Source: Promethearchaeota archaeon
GTDB lineage: Archaea > Asgardarchaeota > Lokiarchaeia > Sigyniarchaeales > SOKP01
DNA length: 10,032 nucleotides
Assembly: GCA_048941265.1 (NCBI GenBank)
Contig: JBHLNT010000156.1
Coordinates: forward strand, 1 to 10,032
Direction of reading: 5' to 3'
Positions 1-6,803 of the stretch are shown here, piece after piece. Each line of letters begins with the position of its first letter. The stretch's first letter is position 1. A program made the position numbers and the translations under genes. The notes beneath the pieces are model-generated. The model worked only from the letters and a program-made list of their open reading frames with translations. It did not search any database and had not been told where the DNA came from.

Positions 1-170
1 TTAAGAAGTAGTGAAAAAAATATCCCAACTAATTTGTAATCTTTGACTGATTTGTCGATGAATATGAAACTAATGGTTTAAAATAATTATACACTATAAA
101 ACTCACATGTTTTTTGAAAGATAATCTCAAAAATTAAAATTTTTAATAGAAAGTATTATATAGTTTATTA

Positions 171-218
171 TAATATTATATTATTATAATATTCTAATAT
201 TCTAATATTTTAATATTA
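171..218. repeat. Six-unit tandem array of an 8-bp AT-rich unit (TAATATTN)
   Basis: Consecutive 8-mers from 171: taatatta, tattatta, taatattc, taatattc, taatattt, taatatta. Intergenic, about 60 bp upstream of the ORF at 282. Confidence 0.7.
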
Positions 219-281
219 TATACTAGTTTGAAAATAACATAAATTACAAATTTAACCTAAATTTTAAGCGTTGATTAAGTT

Positions 282-551
282 ATGGGAAAAGGTTTTGGAA
301 TTGCTTCTATTATATTAGGAGTAATAGGGATATTTTTCGGAGTTTTTGGAATTATCCTCGGACTATTAGCAATAATTTTTGGAATTATTGGAATGGTGAA
401 GGATGATACTAAAACGCTAGGGATAATTGGCTTAATTCTTGGAATAATTGCATTGATTCTTGGTTTAGTTTTTTTAGCGATAATCATAGGTGCCGTTTCT
501 GGAGGACCTGCTGGCGGAACAAGCGGTGGCGGCACCTTTGCTGGTGCCTAA
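282..551 (+). CDS. Small hydrophobic membrane protein (2-3 TM helices, DUF4190-like) with a Gly-rich C-terminal tail
   Basis: 89 aa, ATG start. Hydrophobic G/I/L-rich segments (GIASIILGVIGIFFG, GIIGLILGIIALILG) separated by a short charged loop KDDTK. Followed by a T10 tract. Confidence 0.8.
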   Translation: MGKGFGIASIILGVIGIFFGVFGIILGLLAIIFGIIGMVKDDTKTLGIIGLILGIIALILGLVFLAIIIGAVSGGPAGGTSGGGTFAGA

Positions 552-585
552 ATAGACAAAAAATTATTAAAATTAAATTTTAACC

Positions 586-595
586 TTTTTTTTTT
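586..595 (+). terminator. Oligo-T tract, putative archaeal intrinsic terminator
   Basis: Ten consecutive T about 35 bp after the stop of 282..551, in a convergent intergenic region. Confidence 0.55.
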
Positions 596-675
596 AAACT
601 TAGCAAAATCTAGGAGACAAATTATGAACTCTAAAATAATTAATGAGAAAAATATTAAAAAATAAAAATTAGAAT

Positions 676-1467
676 TTACTGGAAATAGCGAGTATACTCT
701 TGCCCTGGTTGGGGCAATTGCTGTTGTTGTTGATATTGCTGAGCTTTTTGGGCTAATTCTAACATTTTTGCCTTTATTTCTTTTCCCTCTTCAATAAGTT
801 TTGATGTATCTATACTCAAACTATAAATTTGGTTTAATACCTCGATGATAGCGGCGGCTCCCTCTGGTGTTGGTATCTCCAATACTGGAGTAAAAAGCGC
901 ATAAGCACACAACCGATTTGTTAATGCCTCATTTAATACAGTTGCTTCAGGACCTACAATTATTCCTTTATCAATCTTTTCCATGCCAAATTTCCCTAAT
1001 TTCTCCATCATATCAGCTTCAGCAGCATAATACACGGGATAATCATCAATAATGCCATGCTGCGGGATACCTTGAAAAATTACAATTTCTTTTGCTTTTA
1101 CATCTTCTGATAGTGCCCAATTACATATAGTTTTAGATAAATCATTATAAGCCGTTGTGACTTGAAACGGAACCTCACAGATACCCACTACTAGGTTATG
1201 TTGGGTAGAGTAGTATAAGCGGAATGGGTGCTTGAGCACTCCATGATAGAAAACGCTTATAGGAGGGAGGAATTCACTAGTAATAAAACCTATTTCTTTT
1301 ATATCCGGAATTTGATCAATTAGTGAATTTGAGATTATGGGACCTATAAGGCCAATTCCGGCAAACCCTAAAATTAATGTTGCATTTTCTTTGATTTGAG
1401 TTGAAAAATCCTCAATTACTATCTTACTTTTTTTCCCTGCATCGCAAATATATTCTTTTTTGACCAT
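676..1467 (-). CDS. Proteasome assembly chaperone, PAC2 family (archaeal PbaA/PbaB-like), paralog 1
   Basis: 263 aa with family-typical motifs LILGFAGIGLIG, FLPPISVFYHGVLKHPFRLY, GIIVGPEATVLNEA, IPTPEGAAAIIEVL and IDTSKLIEEGKEI. Gln-rich linker, C-terminus ...RYFQ. Confidence 0.88.
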   Translation of the reverse strand: MVKKEYICDAGKKSKIVIEDFSTQIKENATLILGFAGIGLIGPIISNSLIDQIPDIKEIGFITSEFLPPISVFYHGVLKHPFRLYYSTQHNLVVGICEVPFQVTTAYNDLSKTICNWALSEDVKAKEIVIFQGIPQHGIIDDYPVYYAAEADMMEKLGKFGMEKIDKGIIVGPEATVLNEALTNRLCAYALFTPVLEIPTPEGAAAIIEVLNQIYSLSIDTSKLIEEGKEIKAKMLELAQKAQQYQQQQQLPQPGQEYTRYFQ

Positions 1468-1578
1468 TCAATACACATCTCTAATGATATTTTAAAATTA
1501 TTAATATTTTATTCTTAATTTATTTAGTGTAAAAAGAAATATAAAAATTAATTAAAAAAATGTAGGTAACATTACAAT

Positions 1579-2370
1579 TTATTGGTAATATTGATTATAA
1601 CCTTCTGTCCCAGATGAGGGCAATTGCTGAGTTTGGTATTGTTGAGCTTTTTGAGCCAATTCTAACATCTTTGCTTTTATTTCTTTACCTTCTTCTATTA
1701 GTTTTGAAGTTTCTATTTCTAAATTGTATATTTGATTTAAAACTTCAATAATCGCAGCAGCACCTTCCGGTGTGGGTATTTGATAAACGTATGTAAATAA
1801 AGCTGTTGCTTTTAATCGATTTGTTAAAGCCTCGTTAATTATAGTGGCCTCGGGACCTGTTATAATCCCCCTCTCAAATTTATCTAGATTTAATTTTTCG
1901 AATCTATCATTCGGTACTTCCTCAGTAGCATAATAAACGGGAAAATCATCTATTATACCTTGTTTGAGAATTCCCTGAAAAACAACTATTTCTTTAGCTT
2001 TGACATCTTCAGATAATGCCCAGTTACAAATAGTTTTTGCTAAATCGTTATATGCTGAAGTTAATTGGAAAGGAACCTCTGCTATACCGACTATTAGATT
2101 ATTTTTGGGTGAGTAATAAAGTCGAAATGGATGTTTCAGAACACCATCATAAAAGACACTTATTGGAGGTAAGAGATCAGAGGTTATAAAGCCAATCTCT
2201 TTCATATCTGGTATTTGTTCAACTATAGTATTGGTAATTATTGGTCCAATTAGACCCATTCCTGCAAAACCTAACATTAAAATAGATCCTTCCTTGATTT
2301 GAAATGTAATATCTTCTATTACGACTTTACTTTTTTTACCTTTATCACATATGTATTCCTTTTTTACCAT
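1579..2370 (-). CDS. Proteasome assembly chaperone, PAC2 family (archaeal PbaA/PbaB-like), paralog 2
   Basis: Same motifs as paralog 1, roughly 70-75% identical by manual alignment. Start set at the ATG at 2370 (MVKKEYICD matches paralog 1, giving 263 aa) instead of the GTG at 2379. Both genes have ATGTGT 5 nt upstream of the ATG. C-terminus ...QYYQ fits the HbYX motif. Confidence 0.88.
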   Translation of the reverse strand: MVKKEYICDKGKKSKVVIEDITFQIKEGSILMLGFAGMGLIGPIITNTIVEQIPDMKEIGFITSDLLPPISVFYDGVLKHPFRLYYSPKNNLIVGIAEVPFQLTSAYNDLAKTICNWALSEDVKAKEIVVFQGILKQGIIDDFPVYYATEEVPNDRFEKLNLDKFERGIITGPEATIINEALTNRLKATALFTYVYQIPTPEGAAAIIEVLNQIYNLEIETSKLIEEGKEIKAKMLELAQKAQQYQTQQLPSSGTEGYNQYYQ

Positions 2371-2494
2371 ATAAGACACATGAAATATTTGTAGTTAAAA
2401 ACGATTTATGGATACTATTATTATAATTACATGGCTGAATATAAAAATTAGTTTATAATAAATCATAGAAAAATCTCTAAACGATATAATATTT

Positions 2495-2520
2495 TATTTT
2501 GCAAAATACTCTATATATTA
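2495..2520 (+). promoter_or_regulatory. Perfect 14-bp palindrome TATTTTGCAAAATA next to a TATA-like element upstream of sufC
   Basis: Palindrome at 2495-2508, TATATATTA at 2512-2520, sufC start at 2562. Lies in the divergent intergenic region shared with the PAC2 genes. Confidence 0.4.
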
Positions 2521-2561
2521 TATCTTAATAATGAATATTATGGAGAGTCGAGATTAGAAAA

Positions 2562-3356
2562 GTGTTGCTAGAATTGAAAAATGTGACCATTCCTACTGTT
2601 GATCAGCGTTGTGTAATTGTTAATAATATATCTTTTGGAGTGAAGGAAGGGTCCATTCATGCCATTATTGGGCCAAATGGTTCGGGTAAATCTACCTTAG
2701 CTTATACAATCATGGGATTAGACTCTTATAAAGTATCTAATGGTAATATCTATTTTAATGGAAAAGATATTACTAATCTATCTCTTACTGAGCGAGCAAA
2801 GCTAGGCATTACCCTTGCTTGGCAAGAGCCAGCCAGAATTGATGGATTAACTGTAAAAAAATATATCTCGTTGGGAATAAAGAATGGTGCAAAAATTCAA
2901 GAAAGAATAATTGAATCATTGAATATTGTGAATTTAGAACCAGAAAAATATCTCAATCGAAATATAGATGAGTCTTTAAGTGGAGGAGAGAGAAAAAGAA
3001 TTGAACTCGCTGCTGTTATTGCCATGAGACCGCGATTAATAATCCTAGATGAACCCGATTCAGGGCTTGACATGATTGTTGTGGAGGATTTTTTAAACAT
3101 ATTCAATAGAATAAAAAACCTTGAAATGACAATTTTATTAATTACCCATAGAGAGGATATTGGAATGGTTGCTGACTATGGAACCTTATTATGGAGGGGA
3201 GATGCGTTGATGACTGATGAATTTCCCAAAGTTATGTTAAAATATTGTGCAAAGGCGGGTTTAAAAGAGTTTTGTAAACGTACTTTATTTAAAAATGGTG
3301 GAAAATGTTTTGACGATGATTATATTGATAGAATATTCAGAGAAGAGGGATTATGA
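2562..3356 (+). CDS. sufC: Fe-S cluster assembly ABC-type ATPase SufC (SmsC-like)
   Basis: Walker A GPNGSGKST, Q-loop AWQEP, signature LSGGE, Walker B plus SufC-typical IILDEPDSGLD, H-loop ITH. GTG start. Stop overlaps the sufB start (ATGA). Three Cys in the C-terminal extension. Confidence 0.92.
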   Translation: MLLELKNVTIPTVDQRCVIVNNISFGVKEGSIHAIIGPNGSGKSTLAYTIMGLDSYKVSNGNIYFNGKDITNLSLTERAKLGITLAWQEPARIDGLTVKKYISLGIKNGAKIQERIIESLNIVNLEPEKYLNRNIDESLSGGERKRIELAAVIAMRPRLIILDEPDSGLDMIVVEDFLNIFNRIKNLEMTILLITHREDIGMVADYGTLLWRGDALMTDEFPKVMLKYCAKAGLKEFCKRTLFKNGGKCFDDDYIDRIFREEGL

Positions 3357-4318
3357 TGGCTAATAGCGACTATCCTGAGGATATTCTACAAAGTCTTGAA
3401 GATTATAATATTGATATCAGAGATTTTCTTCCTGGACATGGCACTGGAGCGAAATTATTATTAGATTTTAACAAAATCAAGGGCATTGAGCAAGTGGATG
3501 GAATTATTTTAAAAGGGAGAGAGATAAAAAATGGTATTGTAGCCGATATTGTTATTAAAGAGGGGACTAAAATTGCCGATCCGGTTCATTTATGCTTCGG
3601 TGTAAATAAAGAAACAGGTATACAAGAGATTTTTCCAAGAATCATCGCAGAAGATAATACAGAGGTCAAAGTGCGAGCACATTGTAGTTTTCCAAATGCG
3701 AATGGCCTAATTCACAAAATGTTTGGTCATTTCTACGTTGGTAACAATAGCAACTTCACCTATAGCGAGACACATTACCATGGTGAAAATAGCGGAGCTC
3801 TAGTGGCCCCTGTTGGTTACATGTATGTTGGAGAAAATAGTGTTTTTGAAAATAACTTTAATCTTACTAAAGGAACACCCGGAAAAGTAAAAATCATGTT
3901 AGAAATTTATGCGATGAAAAATAGTGTGATTAGATCAAATATTAGAGCATTTGGCAAAAATAAAAAAGATTCCGTTAGAATTAGAGATGCAATTTATCTG
4001 GAAGGTGAAAACGCAAGAAGTGTCTTAAAAATGAAGGCCGCTGCAAGAGACGGTGGTGAAGTTTTAATGTACGGAATTACTGAAGGTAATGCACCACATT
4101 GTAATGGACATGTAGAATGCAGTGAAATTGTGCTTGGAAAGGGTTCTATCTGCCGAGCTCGACCTTTTATTAGAGCAATTGACCCCTCATCTAGTGTTTC
4201 TCACGAAGCCTCATTAGGACGATTTCCACAGAAATGGCTTGACGAAATAATGGCTAAAGGCCTAACTGAAGAAGAAGCAACAGAAATTCTAATTGAAGCG
4301 ATGTTAAAGGAAGATTAA
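3353..4318 (+). CDS. sufB: SufB/SufD-family Fe-S scaffold, short archaeal type (SmsB-like)
   Basis: 321 aa beta-helix-like composition. Motifs PVHLCFG, ETHYHG, GHVECSEI and VSHEASLG (equivalent to the SufB C-terminal Cys and HEA motif), and IMAKGLTEEEATEIL. ATGA overlap with sufC at 3353-3356 suggests translational coupling. Confidence 0.9.
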   Translation: MMANSDYPEDILQSLEDYNIDIRDFLPGHGTGAKLLLDFNKIKGIEQVDGIILKGREIKNGIVADIVIKEGTKIADPVHLCFGVNKETGIQEIFPRIIAEDNTEVKVRAHCSFPNANGLIHKMFGHFYVGNNSNFTYSETHYHGENSGALVAPVGYMYVGENSVFENNFNLTKGTPGKVKIMLEIYAMKNSVIRSNIRAFGKNKKDSVRIRDAIYLEGENARSVLKMKAAARDGGEVLMYGITEGNAPHCNGHVECSEIVLGKGSICRARPFIRAIDPSSSVSHEASLGRFPQKWLDEIMAKGLTEEEATEILIEAMLKED

Positions 4319-4390
4319 TTAAATACTATAATAGAATATAAATAAAATCAAGTTTTTAATAATTTAAAATTATAAAATAAGTGATAAAAT

Positions 4391-4909
4391 ATGGTAGAAA
4401 ATGAAATAAAGGTGGGAGATAAAGCACCATTATTCAAATTAGATTCATATAATGCTGGACCTATTGATTTGACTGAGCTTATAGGAAAACAAAAAGTTGT
4501 CTTAATTTTTTCCAGATATTTTGGCTGTCCTATTTGTCAATTAGACTTAAAAACTTTATTAGAGCGTTCTAAAGAAATTGAGAATAAAGGAGCGAAAATC
4601 CTTTATATTTCCCAAAGTGGAGAAAAAGTTGCGAAAGAATTTATTGAACAAAAGTCCATCGCGTTTCCGGTTATTCCCAGTAGTAAAGATGAGTTATATA
4701 AGGATTACGGATTGGGACCTCTAATAAAAGAAGCTGCGAAACAGGTAAGAGCTAAGGTAAAAGAAGCGTTTGCTTTAGGATTTCAGCACGGTGAGTATGA
4801 AGGTTGGGAGCCACAGTGTCCCGGTCAATTTGTAATTGATACTGACGGGAAAATAATTCATGCTAAACTAGGTTGGTTAGAAATTGATCCTATCCTTGAG
4901 GTATTATAG
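4391..4909 (+). CDS. Peroxiredoxin-like AhpC/TSA-fold redoxin (PRXL2/SelU-like, CxxC)
   Basis: N-terminal IKVGDKAPLFKL, active-site FSRYFGCPIC, LYKDYGL, and C-terminal QCPGQFVIDTDGKIIHA are typical of AhpC/TSA-family thioredoxin folds. Confidence 0.85.
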   Translation: MVENEIKVGDKAPLFKLDSYNAGPIDLTELIGKQKVVLIFSRYFGCPICQLDLKTLLERSKEIENKGAKILYISQSGEKVAKEFIEQKSIAFPVIPSSKDELYKDYGLGPLIKEAAKQVRAKVKEAFALGFQHGEYEGWEPQCPGQFVIDTDGKIIHAKLGWLEIDPILEVL

Positions 4910-4961
4910 CCCCTAATAGAGTGAAATTTTAAATTTTGAATTTATAGAAAGGACCGAATAT

Positions 4962-5606
4962 ATGAAAGAAAATACCAAATATAGCGATTATCGTTTTGTA
5001 GGAAAAATAAATGTTGATGAAAATCAACCTTGGTTTGATTTTGCTTCAAACAAGCCCTGGGATGAGGGAGATATCCCATGGGTTGTCGAGAACAAAGTTA
5101 GAAGGGAAATATTGATTAAACTTGCAGATGGTCCGAAATCTTTTGAAGAAATCTATAATACTCTTAATTTTTCCCCTAAACCATTATTAATATCTAAAGA
5201 AGAATATGAATGCAAACTATCGTTTCAGTGGGGTAAGGAAACTGTTGAAAACCATTTAATGAACCTCGAATGGTATAATTTAATAAAGCAAACAAATAGT
5301 AAATATGAATTAACTTTTCCCATTCTTAAATTGGAGCAAGAAAAAGAATTTGAAACATATATTACTAAATACGCTGAAAATTGGATAAAAATCATAAAAG
5401 AAACAAAAGATGAGATAACAAATAAATTATGGAATTTTAATGATAAAATATCATTATACGATTTCTTAGTGGAAAAAGCAGTTGAAAAATTATATGAATT
5501 TTTAAAAAAGGAGAACTTACTACCAAATGAGCCAAATATTAAATCATTATGGGCGGAACAGCTTAGAAAAATAAAATTTGAAGAATGGGTAGAAAAGAAC
5601 TTCTAA
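4962..5606 (+). CDS. Hypothetical protein with an ArsR-like winged helix-turn-helix domain
   Basis: 214 aa, with AGGA upstream of the ATG. NKVRREILIKLADGPKSFEEI and ETVENHLMNLEWYNLIK...KYEL resemble ArsR/SmtB wHTH helices and wing, with an insert between them. Confidence 0.6.
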   Translation: MKENTKYSDYRFVGKINVDENQPWFDFASNKPWDEGDIPWVVENKVRREILIKLADGPKSFEEIYNTLNFSPKPLLISKEEYECKLSFQWGKETVENHLMNLEWYNLIKQTNSKYELTFPILKLEQEKEFETYITKYAENWIKIIKETKDEITNKLWNFNDKISLYDFLVEKAVEKLYEFLKKENLLPNEPNIKSLWAEQLRKIKFEEWVEKNF

Positions 5607-5688
5607 ATTTTTTCTATTTTTTCATGTATGTCTTCGTATATTGTAAATATTTCTAATTTGAAAATTATTATTTATTTACGTAAAATTT

Positions 5689-5719
5689 TTATGTAGATTA
5701 TCTTTGATAATCTACATAA
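5689..5719. promoter_or_regulatory. Perfect 14-bp inverted repeat with a 3-nt spacer (operator or hairpin)
   Basis: TTATGTAGATTATC-TTT-GATAATCTACATAA. Ends 26 nt before the ATG at 5746 and starts about 80 nt after the stop at 5606. Confidence 0.7.
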
Positions 5720-5745
5720 GAATATACCTTTTTTTTCCGAGCTGT

Positions 5746-6600
5746 ATGAACGATCTTGCCTTTTATAGTTTATTAATTTACCTCGTGATTAGAGTTATCG
5801 GTTTAGGAATTGCGCTTGATTTTTATTATAATACTAGACAATCAAGATTTAAACTTGCAATATTAGGGTGGGGATTTTGGGTAATTGCTTCAATATCTTC
5901 AGTTTATTCGGCATTAGTTTTTGATCAAAGTACAATCGAACTTCTTCTCTTCATTAATACTTTATTCGTTTCACTTGGGGCTATAATCTATATTTGGGTT
6001 ATCTTTTCATATTTTTTAGAAGTACCTCAAAAACTATTCTTATTTATATCAGTATTTGTAACAATTTTATTCTCGACAATTTTTATTATGTTAAGTTATA
6101 GATTAGCCGTAAGTTTAGCGAGAACTTCAATTAATTTTACATTATTCAGCATTTATATTGTGCCACTATTAAGATGGAGGAAGTTTAAAGAAAGCATGGG
6201 TACTGCGTTGAAGTGGTATTATGCTTTTCTTATTAATTTAGGATTATATATCCCCATCTCGATATACATAACATATTTTAGCTCAGGTTATTATGGATTA
6301 TATCATTCTAATGATGCATTTTTAATACTTTTAAATTACATTCCCTCAATCTCTTTTTTAATAATTTTAGTTATTCTTTTAATCCATGTGGAATATAATT
6401 TTTCCAATAATCAAAGATTTGAGTTAAAAGATAAATATTCTCATAATTTAGGAAATATTCTACAATTTATTTCAGGATATATTGATCTAGTTCCTCAAAA
6501 TGATAAAATGGATGATAAAGAATCATCAGAATTACAAGAATCATTTAAATTAAAATGTAAAGAAGCTGCTGGAGTTCTTCGGGAAATAAGAGAATTGTAA
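5746..6600 (+). CDS. Multi-pass (about 7 TM) membrane protein with a C-terminal HisKA-like segment and no HATPase domain
   Basis: About seven hydrophobic segments, then a soluble tail with an H-box-like KYSHNLGNILQFISGYIDL and a second helix ending AAGVLREIREL. ATG 5746 preferred over TTG 5704, which falls in the spacer of the inverted repeat. Confidence 0.72.
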   Translation: MNDLAFYSLLIYLVIRVIGLGIALDFYYNTRQSRFKLAILGWGFWVIASISSVYSALVFDQSTIELLLFINTLFVSLGAIIYIWVIFSYFLEVPQKLFLFISVFVTILFSTIFIMLSYRLAVSLARTSINFTLFSIYIVPLLRWRKFKESMGTALKWYYAFLINLGLYIPISIYITYFSSGYYGLYHSNDAFLILLNYIPSISFLIILVILLIHVEYNFSNNQRFELKDKYSHNLGNILQFISGYIDLVPQNDKMDDKESSELQESFKLKCKEAAGVLREIREL

Positions 6601-6803
6601 AATATAAACATATAACTATTGAAAATAACTTTTATTTAAGGTAATTTTTGATTCTCTAATTTTTCAAATTCATTTTTAATACCTTAAATTTATAAAATAG
6701 AATTTATTTCAGAAATCAAATTATATAGTAAAATGCATTGCTTTAAAAAGATTTAAATTTATACAAAATAAATTTATTTTTATTATTTGGAGTTATTTTA
6801 TTG

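Noticed and set aside
1-39. Open frame LRSSEKNIPTNL* at the window start, possibly the 3' end of an upstream gene
   Set aside because: Only 12 codons are visible, which cannot be told apart from chance.
171-218. Repeat array as a CRISPR array or replication origin
   Set aside because: Units are 8 bp with no spacers, and there are no cas or orc1/cdc6 genes or ORB-like G-string boxes in view.
275-535. 86-aa minus-strand Pro/Ile-rich ORF
   Set aside because: Antisense shadow of the Gly/Ile-rich membrane protein: GGN codons read as Pro on the opposite strand.
2371-2379. GTG start extension (MSY) for PAC2 paralog 2
   Set aside because: Alignment with paralog 1 and the shared upstream ATGTGT spacing support the ATG at 2370.
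2897-3106. 69-aa minus-strand ORF
   Set aside because: Entirely antisense to the conserved motifs of sufC, with no recognisable features.
3354-3356. TGA at the end of sufC as possible selenocysteine readthrough
   Set aside because: It is part of a standard ATGA stop/start overlap with sufB, is not at a Cys-equivalent position, and no SECIS-like element was recognised.
4359-4373. ATAATTT-A-AAATTAT dyad upstream of the redoxin gene
   Set aside because: A short pure-A/T palindrome in an extremely AT-rich spacer is expected by chance.
5704-5745. TTG-initiated N-terminal extension of the membrane protein
   Set aside because: The TTG lies within the inverted repeat, and the ATG at 5746 directly precedes the first TM helix.
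5746-6400. 7-TM protein as a rhodopsin or GPCR
   Set aside because: No retinal-binding Lys in the last TM helix and no GPCR motifs. The tail is HisKA-like.
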